Notes under the pieces: generated by a model
The model's database searches: none
What the model saw: the letters and a program-made list of their open reading frames with translations, nothing else
Told to the model about the DNA's origin: nothing
Assembly (NCBI RefSeq): GCF_000497125.1
Contig: NC_090597.1
Coordinates: 1,623,797-1,687,796 of the forward strand
Origin: Spironucleus salmonicida
Taxonomy: Eukaryota
Reading direction: 5' to 3'
DNA: 64,000 bases
Made by a program: the position numbers and the translations under genes
Part shown: piece by piece, positions 24,701-39,731 of the stretch
Position numbering within the stretch: position 1 is the first letter of the stretch
Layout of the letters: the number at the start of each line of letters is the position of its first letter

Positions 24701-27700
24701 GTCATAGATATTCGAAATAGTCTATGGAACACCAACTTATTCGTTCTCAGGCAACAGCTCTAATAGATGCTTTGCTTTGAAACATTCATATTTAATATTA
24801 ACAGATAATGGTAATGATTTTCTAGCTATATCAATATATACAACCTTACTAATCTTGCACTCCATAGATGGTTTGCATTATATAACAATCGTTGTTGAAC
24901 CTTTTGGTGGCACAATACCCTGATTAGGTGTAACTTTAACTTCGAAAATATCTGTTTTTTCGAATTTTCTTATCCTATAATTATATGGTTGCGCTTCATT
25001 ATTGGTAATAGTTACTTCTAACTATTTTTAATTTCCAAATTATATAGCTCCAAAACTCAATTTCGTTGTGCTCAGACAAACATCTGGTTCTTAAGGCTTT
25101 CCTACCACTAATAATGGTACTTGTATATTGAACTAGGGTATTTTAATAATATAAAATGACTCATCCGAATTTTACTTCAAACTAGCTTTGTCTGGCATAT
25201 AATCGAATCTAACACTAATATTTTCTCCACTCATCAATGTGTAATTACTAGTTTATGTAACAATTTTGTTACTGCTTTCTTATAAACGTATAATTTAAAT
25301 ATCATAATTTTGGGCAATAGTATTCATAATGTTGAGAATAGAACATGTTCTTACACCAATACCTACACCAGAAATCTCTAAAACTTTAACTGATTTAGTA
25401 TTTTATGCAATCAAATTTGCAAAAATATATGGAGTTGGATATGACGATGGTCTTTCTTTTTACAAATACTATGATGGAGGGCATTCAATATGACAAATTG
25501 GTAATGTTGCTTATCCAGATAAATTTAGGCAATACTATCCTTTGTGTGATTCGAAAAATTCATTAAATGATCCTGGAATCTTTGGTTCGAAAGATAATTC
25601 CAATACACTAGAATAAGGACTAGTACCTGGCTATGCATACTTCTAAGCGAGTGTTTGGGCAAAATTCTTGTCTACAGATTTGGGATTAATACCTAATTTT
25701 ATAATTATCTACGAAGATAATTGAGAATCACTAATTTAAGGTAACGTCTCTTTCACAGCTGCAGAATATAAGTCTGGCCTAGGTAGGAAAAATTCATTCT
25801 ACTTTATTATAAACGGAGTGAAATCGTTTTACTAATTAAAATTCATTGGAGGGGCTGCCAAGCCTTCATTAATAGCATGTAGTTTTATACCAGCTTTCTA
25901 AAGGATAGCAATTGATTAAAATGGTAATTCTAAAATAGTTAGCTTTTCCTTTACTTAAGGTTAAACTACTATAAATGTAGAATCCTCTTACTAAATATAA
26001 TATTTCAATTATACATTTGCCATTGATCCAAATAAATTTAATTCTAAAAACTATGCCTCTAAATATTATGCCATCTATTTTTTAGTAGAGTCTGGTGCAA
26101 ATAATTTTTAGAAAACTTGCATCTTTTATGTTTATTATGGATTAAATTTAACTTTTTTAGTTTATTATAATAATAAATCGTCATATTCTGCTTTAAGTTA
26201 AGCAATAATATCATCATCTAAAACAATTTCACAATCTGGTTCAGGTAGCTAGCTATCATTATTCCATTGTTGAATATGTCTTGATGACTTATAAGAAATT
26301 TTAATAATTCTTATTAATAGTGGGTTGCCAAAAAGAATGGTTCTAGAAACAGTAGGTTTCTTAGCTTTAGGATCGGTATTTTCCAATGAAGGTTAAATAA
26401 ATTAAATTTAAAATTCTTGTGTCTAGCCTGCCTGTAAATGTCCGTATGCTGGTGTTATTAAAATACCGGTCTTTTTCATAATTGTCTAATCAATATCATA
26501 AATATAATGTTAATTAGATTAGTTAACCAATTTAAAATAAGAGTAATCCACGTCTTCACCTACTACACCATCTGTGATAAATACCGTGGTCTATCCTAAT
26601 ATACTTTCTTATACCGTTCCATATTATTATAATTAACTTATTCTATTATTTTTATGGGTAGAGCAATCAATTACGGAGCCAAATAACTAATGCAAAGATT
26701 ACTTTAATGTAGAATTTTATGGTATATTAAATAATAGTTGTGTGACATCTTCATAAAATTATCTTCTGTGTGTACCAAACATTTATGCTGCAATAGCACA
26801 TACATTCTATTGCAAAACTTCAAAAGAAACAGGTATAATAACCTCTTAAAACTCATCATCAGAAGTCATTATTTTTATAGAAACATCAGCATGAATAATC
26901 TTTACATCTGAACTTAATTAATATAATGAAGGTAAAAATGCTGCAATATAAAAAATAGAGGTTTATTCTGGTTAAACCTCTTTGAGACCTGAAAATAATC
27001 TATTATCAGTCTCACCCATTAACTAAAAGCAATCCTGATGACAACGTTATTATGCTTATATATTGATAGAATAATTTGCTAACACACGCCCTGTATTTTT
27101 AATGCAGATTTCTCTTTTTTCAATATCCCCAACATTAACCAAAACTCTACCCAAGTCTATAATCTATGGACTAATAAGTAACTCTGGTAAAACGCCTACT
27201 CCTAAAACTTCAAAACTGATTTAACTATTCTTTAAGTCAGCTTCTTTCATTGTACTTTATAAATCACCCATGATTTTTTTATCAAGTCCAGCAGCTGATT
27301 TTGCATCAAGCCCTTACATGAGTTCCTAAATTCTTAGCCAATTATCTATAGATAATCCAATAAATCTAGCCTTACTAGTAACCTACTAAGTTGGTTTATA
27401 ATTAACAGTGACATATATAGCTTCGTTTGGCATTATCCGAGCAGTATGTACATCAAGGAACCATGCTGAGTCGTCATTTGTAACAATATTATCATTTTGT
27501 TTACCTTTAACTTTAGGATCAGGTTTTGATTTCCCACCTGCTCTTGATGATTCTGGCTTTCCATATGCTAATACAGATTATATTGTCTCACCTAATGCCT
27601 CTTTAATTATTTACTCAACAGAGTCTGTTTTAGTAGTTAAAATAAATATAAAATTAGACTCAACAGAGAATGGATTGTAAAATCGTATTCTTTCCTTTCT

Positions 27701-30700
27701 GACAGAGTTAAGTTGGGAATTTCCTACAGTTAGCTAGTTAGCCAATGTAGAATATATACCTTCAGTGACAGCTGCCGGATCTGCTGGTGCTTGATTTTAA
27801 ACTTATTACTCCTCAAATAAGTCATTAACATTGGAAGATATACCAGGTATTTATGAATTCGCTTATATTGCATATTTAAGTAATGGTAATGTTGACATTA
27901 AATCTATTATTTTCCTATTATACGGATAATTTTATTATACTTCTGGTTATTTAGTATACTCATCTAACATTTCTTTTTCGATTTTATCTTAATTCTATTC
28001 TGTAATGACTAGCATATTATTCAATGAGGGTATTCTATTTGCCCAATCAACAACCAAAAATTCCTTAAAATTACTGGTACCTTTAGCCGTATATTTCACA
28101 GATATTACTTATTTATCGCCAGGGGCTAAAAGACATGATTATGGTGAAATAGCAAACTAATCCACATGTAAGAAACTCGATGAGACTGGTTTAACATCTT
28201 TGCCAGGCTTTTTAGCGTCCTTTACTGATTCCTTTGATGATTAAAGTAAAATTTATAAATTTTCTGTAGATATTCCAAAATTCTACAATTTTGATGGATC
28301 AATCTTCAAATTCTTCATTTCTTGGAAATATTTTTCATCAAATTAGCTGTGAACACCTAGTATACTTTATCTTAACAAAACCTAACTGAATCTTTCAATA
28401 ACAAATATGGTTGGAAAGTTACCTGTGTTTTCAACAGTAATATTCCTGGTGATTTCTTTACCGTTAGATAAATCACCAAAAAGTAATAATCTATCAGGTT
28501 AGATGGAAATTTCTGAATAATTAATCTTCGCTGAAATAGTAACTACACTTTTAGATAATAATTTTTTGGTTATTGGATCTGAAAATACTATATTTATAGC
28601 AGGTGTAGTTTATAATTCTTACTAATAATCAGAAAAGAAGTCAAGATATAAAGTGGTTTGGCTAAGCATTGGCTATGCATTTTTATCCTTAGTTTTAGCT
28701 TTTTCATCAACTTTAGGTTATGTTGGCAATATCATATCTACAACCTTATCAAAGTTTTCCTATTATACAACTTATGGTTTACCTTTAGCGGGCTTAGATC
28801 CACTTGCTGAAGGTGGAGATGCGCCTGAAACAAAGTTTAACTATGCGTCCAATGCTTTGGCAAAAGAAGCCTTGAAAGAAACATCATATGGGCCTTAATT
28901 AACTATAGTTATCTCTGATCTAAAGTGGCTAAGCGCCTTGCAAATTCCAAACTGAATATTCTAAATTTGTGATTCTAATGAATACACTGGTTAGTTTTTA
29001 GTTATTTTATTCTCAGATTCTGAAATATTAGTAACTGCAACAATAACATCTACATGATGAGCCTCGCTAACTACAGTTAATGGTTAGTCAATAATAGGAG
29101 ATAAATAGTGCTTTGAAAAATCTTTTAGGGATTCTATTTAGCACTCTGGTCCATTTTTCTTTGCATTATATTGCTGAATGAGTAACCTCCCTGGGAAAAC
29201 GTGTTGAATAATTTTACTAGACTTAAAACTAAATTAAATATTTTATGTTTCGTTCGGTTTAAGCATAAAATTTACGTTCTTTGTATATAAATTTCCCGAT
29301 TAAATTGAAAATACTCGTGGAGGCTACGGTAGTTTTTTATTGAAAACCTTAGGTTATTATTCTTCAATATGACTAGGCGTGGGTGTCTCGAAAAGATTGA
29401 TAAATTATTAAGTGGCATCAGTAGTTTATTGTTCATAGTGTACCTTTAATGGTAATTTATTTGTATTTGTAATAGGAACATCTACTGTAATAGTTTAATT
29501 TAATGATACTCTTGGTAACATCAAAATATTATTGTTCTATACTTTGTCTGACTATTTGTTCTTATCTCCACCTTTTGATGGGGTCTTTGTCTATTTTGCC
29601 TTAGGATCGACAATGATACCACTTTAAGCTTATATTAAATTCGTAATATCTTATTACCATGGTAAACAAGACTACAATCCATCTTAGCAATCTGGTATTG
29701 TATACTAGGCGGTAGGTATAATTCCTGTACAAGAAAGATTGGTAGATAAATTGGTTGGATTATGCTCTATACACAGATATAATTCTGTATCAAAATCCTT
29801 TTCAAAGTCAGGAAAAGCCGATAATATTACATTTATAACCTCTCCTGGTTATAAAATAACCTTATTTGGGAAAACATTGAATACAAAATTTTCATCAATC
29901 TTAGTTTACTACCCTTTCTTAGGATCAGTTTTTTTAGCTTTAGGATCATCAACTATTAAAGATTCATCAGATTTCCATATTTTTTACATATAATCCTCCA
30001 TGGAAGATTCGCCGATATGTTACTTAGTAAATATGGCAATATTTGTTGGAAACTCGGATATATTTTTCAAATTTAGCGCTTAAAAATGGTTTGTAATAAA
30101 AACAGAACCCTGTTCGGATAATTTGTTATTCATTTCTAAAAAAGTCATATTGTTATTGATTTCGTCCGTATCTAATAACTTTTTAGTAAATAAATCTGGT
30201 ACGGGAACATTGCATCTTAATGTACCAAACTTATATGTTTATTAGTCTAGTTTAAATCCACGATTTTAGATATTAGATTACGTAAATATTTAAGTAAAAT
30301 CATCAATAATATGTGGCCAATCACATGAGCATTCAAACGTAATTGGTAGTTTAAACTCTGAAGAACGAACAGATAAATTAATTTCGATGTTTTCTTTTCT
30401 TATTTAATTACTATAAAATCTGAAAGATAGTTTTTATACAGAATTTGCTGGAACAATCCAACGGGCAAATCCGATCTCCTACTATAAGTTTTATCCTGTA
30501 AATAAATCCTGAACCTATTATAATTATGATAATCGCTATTTTTTCTACTATAATTCCGCTTGTTGTGTTTTATTTAATGCTTTTACTTAAACTGGTGTAA
30601 GGTCCGTAACTTGTATTAATGTTGATATTTCCGTCTTTCTATTTTCTTCAAAATCAATAAGATTATGATTAATAGGCAAAATAGTAAATATCTCTTCGCC

Positions 30701-33700
30701 TTTTTCTTTTACATCTGAATAAATTTTTTCAAGTAATTAGGTTGGTGAATAAATATCATTTAATATCTAATAAATTACGTCATCCACCTTAGGTAAATCC
30801 TCTATATTAATAATGCTGATAAGCTGTTATATTTTTGTTTACGCATTTTACTAGATATTTCTAACCAATAACTCCTCTATTGTTGACAATCTTTCGTTTT
30901 TAGTTATAACTGCTTAGTTCTATTCCATATTTATCAAAACTTGTTTATATCTGTTAATAGCTAAAATAAACCTCGATACAATATTATCATATTATTCATC
31001 AAATATATTTTCATTTAATATTTGATAATCGCTTATTAAATAATACTTAGATGAAAAAATATTCTCTTTAGGAATACTATTTACAGGGTGATCTGGGAGA
31101 GTTTAAATTTTTTCTTCTTTGAGCTTTCGAAGATCATCTAATTTTTACTAAGCTACTTTATTGTTCTTCTTAGCAATTAACTCAGCTTAAACTTAATCAA
31201 TTTATATTTAAATATCATCTATTTCTTATTATAATTCACTTTTATCGGAATTACTGTCAATAAAATGAGTATGAAGTTAAACTAACTACGAATGAATATA
31301 CTCTATTCCTTCTTAAATTTACTCTCTATTATTCATAAAAGCTAGATGTCTAGTCCCTAAATCATCAGTAGAAATATTAACTTTATCATAGTTTTATTAA
31401 ACTTTCTCGGAACTGGTGACTAATTCTACTGAAGAATTCGAATAATACTCATGTTCACTATCATAATTTTATTTAGAACCTGTTAATGCCAGCTTAGCTA
31501 ATGAAATTCTTTGTTCGCACTCTTCAGACGATTTGGACTCAGGTGAATTCTTATCTTCTTCTATAGCCTAATTATATTCATTCATAATAATCTGCATTGC
31601 TTACTTTCTAGTTGCCTCTGGATTTTAATCCAAAATTGTAATATTAGTAAATAATCTAGAAGTATATACTTATTTATCATATAATGTTGGCTTAACTAAT
31701 TCTTTAATAATATGATAAATAAGTTTATATTAATCTTTCTTATTTTCGATAAATTAAGAATCAATTCCATCAAAAACGCAACCTAGATTAAGATCTGAAG
31801 ATGTTTCAAAATAGTTTTAAATAATTTACGCATATTCCTATGCTAATTCCAAAATATATGTATCCTAAAGTCTAAAATCAACAGGTGCTACAATGTCTGC
31901 TGGCTTTTTGCCTTTTATTGGGATAGATTATTACTGTTATTATTCTTCTTTATATCGATTACAAACCTATGATTCTTACATTAAGGCATCGATATTAAAT
32001 ATTGGAATGTTTAATCCTTGTTTGTTAGTAAAGCATGATTATATTTTTCTAGCAAAAGTAGTTTTCCCAGATAAAGGTGCACCATCTACAATATATACTA
32101 AAAATGGAAGATTTGATAAACTGCTATCTGTTTCCGAAATTCTAAAGGATTTACCATTTATGACAGACAAAGATTGTTTTCCATATCGCATCGAGGTTTC
32201 CTCCAATATAGTTAATGGATAAGAAAAGTCTTATTAGTCTACATCAATATTATACTCCGCCAATCTTTACTGTTTCTAAATTTCATAACTAACCGTTATT
32301 GAAGACTTCGCAGATTCAACCCTAGTTTTTTGTGTGTCTTCTTAGAGGGAATCTACTTCCCCAGATTTATTATTTACCCTAGAATCTTGTTAAGATTTAG
32401 GTGGAGATAATGGAGTTAAAGTTTTAATATCTTCCTAGCTTACTAAACTCTCGTAAGAAGTATCTAAAAAATCAACTAGTTTATCTAATTAAAGTTCACG
32501 CATATGATCTAAAATTTCTGGACTAAATAGTTATCCTGCTCGAGGGAAATCTGGAAGATAAGCTGACAAGAATTTTTCTATAGTTTTTTACTATTTTTTG
32601 GTGAAAACGTTACCTAGTTCTTCAGTCAGTACATCTAGAATCTAATTTTCTATTTAATGTATGTTGTCAAACTCTTCAATAAAAACTTCCACTGATTCTT
32701 ATGAATTATTAATTAATTCAATTTAACCAATATTTTAAGAAATTTATTATGGGAACACAGGATTCATTTTGACTATATTTTATGAAATTTTAATCAATGG
32801 ATGGTATCCAACTGCAATTACTTTAACAATAATTTTAGAATTAGCTTCTGCGCCATTTTTTATATTAAACTTTAAATCACCAATAAATAAATTTCCATAT
32901 CCATACTCTCTAAGTTTATACCAGTCTATCGGCTTAAACGTAATAGATACAATCCCCTCTTAGTATGATGAAATAGCACCATGCGATGTGCTAAGTTAGA
33001 AGCAATCTTCTAAGCGTTAACTAACTTTTTCATTAAGCGAAATAGGCTCTTTAGAATCTATTCTATACTATCTGCCTATACCCCCTGAAGCATCACATGT
33101 AAAAGTTGCATTTAATGTTGTTGGATTGACTAAACGTATAGCAAATCTATTAGCTCTGCCATATAAACATTATCCCAAATGTAGTACTTGATTTTAATTA
33201 TCAGCTATATCAATCGGAATATTAACAAAATTATCAGCTAACTGCATTAAATTAGTCAGCTTTAGTGTAGGAGAAGTGACATTACAAATACAAGAAACAT
33301 AACCAATAGCTGAAGATCTAAATAGCAAAGGGATGAGGAACTTATGTTCTCCTAATTACGCTTCTAAAGAAGGTGTATAAGAAATATTTAGGACAACTAT
33401 ATCCCCAGAAGTAATTCTAGGTATTTTCTCTGGATCAACAGTAATATTATATGCAGCTAAAAATTTTCGTTCAATTTAAAAATTAATTGGATTTTATCCA
33501 CTATTTTTAATTTCAATTGATGCTTAACATGCTACTCCACGTTGTCCTGGAGGTAGGGTACATCTATATGTAAATAATAATGGGTTTTTTGGTACATCTT
33601 AAGCTAATTTTAACTAAGTTATAGCATTATCATTAACAAATTACATATTCTATCTATGACCTGATTTTGGAGCTCTAGATGGCATCCTAACAGCAGGAGA

Positions 33701-36700
33701 TGTGCCATTTTCATATTTATGTCTTTCAATGTGGATTAATACAAATTCAGTTATAGTTTGATAACATTACTAATCGATAACTTATAGTTTTAACGGCTCG
33801 ACAGTCTATCCATAACACTAAATGGTACCATCTTCAGAGACTTCCTTCTCAAGTGTACTAAATAAATTATATTTTAAAGGAAAAGCCCTATGGAATGATT
33901 GCGCAGCTAATGCAAATGACGAATAGCAAGGCATTTAATATTATGACAGCCATGGTATAATTTATTTTTCTCGGTCTAATTATTTTCCATGATAACTTAA
34001 TTATACACATTCAACTAAAGCTTAGCCCATAATAGGAACAACAACTTCCTCTAAGTGTCCCGCTTTAATACTAACTGGTATATTAAATTAACCTGGAATT
34101 CTAGGGATTAAGACGAGTTTAAGATCCAATTTTTAACCACCAGCTAATTTAAAATTCCAAATAGGATCCATTTCTTTTTCTATTATAATATCACCAATTT
34201 TCTTGATAAATGGTAAACATTCTTTAGGGACTTTTACTAATATTTGACTACAAACTTAACTAATATTAATTATACTTAAAACAGTAGTTTATTCGCTAAC
34301 AAAACTAATATCACCAAAATTAATGTGGCTGGGCTATACATCAACGGCTAAGTTACTTGCTTCTGCAGTTAAAGCATATTCAAAAGCTGGCCCGCCTACA
34401 ATTTCGCAAATGGCTTGGCTATCTGTCACCTTTAGACCATTCTTATCAGCTGCCTTACACTAAAATGCAATATCAAAGACACCGATTTAATTTGGTTATA
34501 AAGAAGAATCACCTGCTATTTAAGCTGGAGTTATATCAAAGTTGTAATAAGAAGTTACAATATTTTACAATGACCAATTTAACTAAATTGGAAATTCTGA
34601 GCTATTCTTAGCTAAAATATATCTTTTAACTGTAGTTCCGGGTACAATTGAACCGAAATCAATACTTTCTGATGATTGCAAATTATCAAACAAAGTATCA
34701 TAATTTTCAGAGAATTTAATCATTTACTAATGTGAACAGGAACGGAACTCTGCTAGTGGGAAATAGACATTAAGTTTTATCGGTACTTTGATTAATGGTG
34801 CATTAGTAGAGGACTGTTATGAAGGTAATAATTTAAAAATAACTAGTGAATCAAATTATTTGGTTATCCTATCTGAAACGCAATACTCTTCGTCAATAGT
34901 AACATATATGTCCGTTGGGATACCAGGTTCTAAAGATAATGCTCTAAATTATACTGGCTCTTCTTCAGAAATCTAAATAGAAAATGGAGAATGAACGGCA
35001 ATCTATACTCTACTAAACAGCGTAGAAGTATTCAAAATTTATATTTTTCGAATAATTTATTTGTTAATAAAATGTAATGAGTCTCCTATTTCTTTTATGT
35101 ATTCTTCACTATCTTAGAGTTTTTCTCCGAAAAATTCCTCTTGTGAGGAATGAATAGGGAAACATTTATAAGATAAATCTATACGCTTAAGATCTTCGTT
35201 ATTTTACATAATTTTAATCTAGTTTTCAATATACTTATACGTAAAGTTTGCAATAAAAGCAGTATCGGTTTACTTTCCAGGAACTGATGACTTTACTTAC
35301 CAAGTTTCTGCTCCATCACACAAATGACTTTCTAAACCTGTTAAAATAAATGTTCCAGATTCTCCAGGATTTAATATAATTTTGGTCTGCTCAAATTTTA
35401 AGATGGATGTTTTACTTGGATACCAAGTAACATGTTGCACTTCAGGTCCATGGTTTTCAATAATTATTTACTTATTAATTTATTCTCCAATGAAATACGT
35501 TCCACAAAAAATTGGTTTGGAAAAATCAATATTAGGACTATATAAAGAAGTTCCTTTAGTAGTTCCCTTTAATTTAATTCTCTTCATATTTGATATTTAT
35601 TTTAATACATCTTCAGAAACATCGCAAGCAGGATTCAGAAGCTCTTAGTACACAATCAGATCGTCCTAGTGATTACCTTAGATATTAGCTGAAAGATTTA
35701 TCATAATTTCTTTAGACTATCCAGATAATAATTCGAACTACTAAAATTCTTTGTCAACTGTGAAGAAAGATCCAGCTTTACTAGCTGATATTCTTACAAA
35801 TGAATCGCTTAGACCAGTATTTGATATTGTAAGTGGCTTTCTAGTTATATCTAATACTTCAATTTACGGAAATTTGATCTATTCAGAACTTACATCAATT
35901 TATGGGCCTATGGCAGAATACTATACCATACACTACATTTCTTATCTGTCATCTGTCATAAAATTAATCGGCACCACTAAACTTCCTCTATTGCTTGGGA
36001 TTAAACTAACAGTAATACGTTATTCTGAATTAGCATCTAACACCCCAGTTAATTAGGAACATTTAACCACCCAAGCATCCTATTATTCTTCATTTGGAAA
36101 TACCCATCTACCGACTACATTTGATGTATTTTTAATATTTAATTCAATCTTATGTTCAAATCCTACATACGCTTATTATATTTCAAAAACTGAAGGTGAT
36201 ATAATAAATTTTGCACTAGTTACTTATGCACATACTGGAACATCACAAATACTTCCTTCAACACCTTTAACAAAAATATTTAATTAAAAACCTTCATATA
36301 CTCCTCTTCCTTATTTTGGTAATAACACTACACTTAATGGCAGTGATGAATTTGCAGGTATTTCTAACTACGAAGGCTAGACACTAAAATCTGCACAATT
36401 TAGTAAAGTAACATTATTTCTTATAACAGGATCAATTCTACACTCGATTTTTTAGTTGACTGCACTTTCATTAAAAACATGAATTTCTTTTCTTGACCCA
36501 AATCCGAAAGGAACTATTTTGAAATCAAGAATATTGAAATTTTCATCTGGATCATCTAAATCAACCTTAAGGGTGAGAGTTGGAGCCCTACAATTTACGT
36601 TAATTTCTAACGCAATAAGTCTATCGCTTCCTAGAATTTCAAATATTAACTTTTCATTAAATTATTATATTTATTGCGGTTAAACACTAAAATAAATTGG

Positions 36701-37501
36701 AAGTGCAGAACAAGGTGGAATAACACCTTCATTTATACTTATTTTAAGGCCCAGATCTTTTATTTACTTTTCAATAAACTTAAATTAGATCTATATATCA
36801 CTTGCATTAGTTAATATACCCTCTGCTGTTTATAGCTAGTTTAAGACAATGTCATCAAAATCAATTTAATCACAGTCAAAATCAACCTCTGGTGGAAGAC
36901 CAATACCTTCTAACTCAATTCTATATCTATTCTAAATTCCATCTACCTATATATAACAAAATTCTTTATAAGATTATGCTGATATTGGCTTAAATTTGCA
37001 AAGAATATTTGAGTAAGATGTTGGATAAATTATACCAGTTAATGGTTAGATTTAAAATATATTCGAACTAAAGTAAGAATCATTAAATGGTGAATCATGT
37101 AACGAAAAATTTAATGGTTGTTCCGAAACATTCTTAATAGAAGTTTAATCTTAAGTTGTTTATTCTATAAGCGTTGGTTTAAATCTATTAAGGTGTTTTT
37201 CTAATTTTATCTCAGACTCAATTGTAGTCCAAATAATATTTACTAGTTACACTTAAGTTTAATTAACTATAAATTAAATAACATCTTTAACATACTCTAT
37301 TTCATTGGGAATGCATTAAATAGACACATTAATAGAACTACCTGGTTCCAAAGAAAACTGCTATGGGGAAACAGTAACACAAGATGGAGAAACAATAAGA
37401 ATATTAAATACTTATTTCGAACTATTAGAAAGAAATAACGACTACTCTGCTAACATGTTGAAATATGTATTACCAAAATCAATTTAGTCAGGAAGATCCA
37501 T
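21758..37501 (-). CDS. HYDIN: Hydin, axonemal central-pair protein (~5247 aa, single exon)
   Basis: Many ASH/Ig-like repeats (xDFG...xNxG...F...PxxGxIxP) and a central adenylate-kinase-like P-loop VDGAPLSGKTT near 32060-32090. Start and GAG TGA stop are in one frame (spot-checked). Confidence 0.88.
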
Positions 37502-38884
37502 TTTTGCGGAATGTGAAATTTTAATCCAAAATTAATATTATTATGTGAATTATAGAAAAATACCTCACCTTTTTAAATATACTATGTAAGGATATTTAAT
37601 ACTAATAAAAATTATCAAATTTAATTTTGTACTAGAATAGTAGTCTTGATAACGTAAAAACGCAATAATTTATTTAAAAATTAATATTTTAATATATTTA
37701 TTTGACAATTGATTAAAATATTGTCTTAATTATATGATAACATTTATCTTATCTGCAAGTATCATTTTTTATTATTTATTCTTGTTAAATATAAAATATA
37801 TTTAAAATATTACTATCACTATATGGAACGCACTTAATAAGTTAAAATAAGTGTATTAACTTATTTAAAAACTTAACTTTTTATCTAGTAATATGTTCTG
37901 AAAATTTTAATCTTAAATCTGCTTACTTTCTGATAAACAGTAATATATCATTTTAATTTTTCTTACAATTTATGTAATATAGTTTACTTATAATTAGTAT
38001 TTGATACCGAAAATTTAACCCCTTTTGATAAAAGTTATAGTATTCACATCATTAGCGATACAAAATATATATATAATTTTTATATTCAGTGATCTTGAAA
38101 GGTTGAAATAAAATACTAATTAATATGCTAATCATATCAAGTTTCGTTATTAAATGCAATTGTTATTATATAATTCTGATTATCATAAAATAATATGATA
38201 TATGTTATCATTTACCAAAATTGTATTTAAATATTATTTTATTATTTCTATCTTCATTGTCTTTAACTTTAAATTAAGATTAAGTATATATACGGACTTG
38301 ATATTTATAAAATTAACCTCTTTATATACTTAATTCTAAATATATAGTATATTTAAGCTAGTCAAAGTTATTTATCTAGAATAAGTTTAAAGTTCTAATA
38401 AAATAGAAAACATAGACTCTAAAGACCATACTTTGTGACATAAAAATGAAAATATAATTTTAATCAATGTTATACTAAATTTATTTAGTATAAATACTAT
38501 TTACAATAATATTTTAAATACGGTAAAGTTATGGTAATATAAAAATACACTATTTGTAGCAAAGAAACAAATATTAGTATGAAAGCCGAGATATCATTTA
38601 AAGCGAAATTATTTTATAATAATTTAATTGAAGTATTATATAAATTAAAATACAATGAAAACCATAAGAAAATTTCAATAGTATGTAAATCATTAAGATT
38701 TTTCATGAACTGCTTTATTTATGCAATTTTTTAAATAGGTGGCTTATTTAGATTGTCTACATTTTTATGTAAGTGGCACCTATTATATACTATCACATAA
38801 CTATTTCATGTTAGGAAGATTGTCATTAAAGTTTTAATACATTTTAAAAAAATTATTATATATAATAATTAGTTAAAATATAAA

Positions 38885-39706
38885 ATGAAATGTTCAAATT
38901 GCTAATTATTGTTTACAAAGGATGAGTATTTTATACACATTAAGACAAATTTTCATAAATTAAATGTATAGAGAAATATTACAACAAGGCCTCTTACATA
39001 TGATGAATACTATGATATTATTTCGGAAACTAAAGCAGCGAAGTAAGCGAACTTGATTTTAAATCAAAGCACTGAATTGAATATTCATGATATTAAATTA
39101 GAAAATGTATGCTTATTTTGTTCTTTTAAAGATACACCACTAAGCATATTATATCATATGAAAATAATACATTCCTATTAATTTATTCATCTAGAGTGTT
39201 TGTTATTTGAAGAAGAATTTTTATAATTTCTTTTACTGAATTAGTACGTCTATAAATAATGCCTTTTTTGTAATCAATAGTTCTAATAATCTAAGCATCT
39301 TATAAACCATTAAAAAAGAAACTCCCACGAGAAATATGTTCTTAACTAATCAATATCATATTTTTTTGATTTTACACACACATGGCCAATGGAATTATAA
39401 AATGAATTATGTGCAAAACTATATCCATTTTAACTATGGGATCGTGAAAGTGTATTAAGGTTTTAGTAGAAAGGGTTACTGGGTGATAAAAAGGTTTTAA
39501 CGATCAAAAAATTAAAAATTATAGATATAAAGTCACATATTCCTACTTTGATGGGAAAAGTTACTAATCCAAAATTAAAACGTCATTAAAATGAAAACTT
39601 TATTATTGTTCCCAGTAATCCATACTGCTACATATATTTAATACTGTTTGTAATTTTTTTATTAATATTTTGTTTGATATTGTCCAAATTTAGTAATCGT
39701 ATTTGA
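38885..39706 (+). CDS. REI1: REI1/ZNF622-like C2H2 zinc-finger pre-60S factor, ~273 aa
   Basis: MKCSNCQLLF...HIKTNFHKLNVQR, CLFCSF...HMKIIHS and CLFCNQQF...HQKRNSH reproduce the three Rei1-type zinc fingers. The true C-terminus is uncertain. Confidence 0.8.
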
Positions 39707-39731
39707 TATTATTATTTATTATACTATAGAA

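Noticed and set aside
21846-36056. Many plus-strand ORFs in the supplied track
   Set aside because: They are antisense shadows of the Hydin reading frame and have no protein-like motifs.
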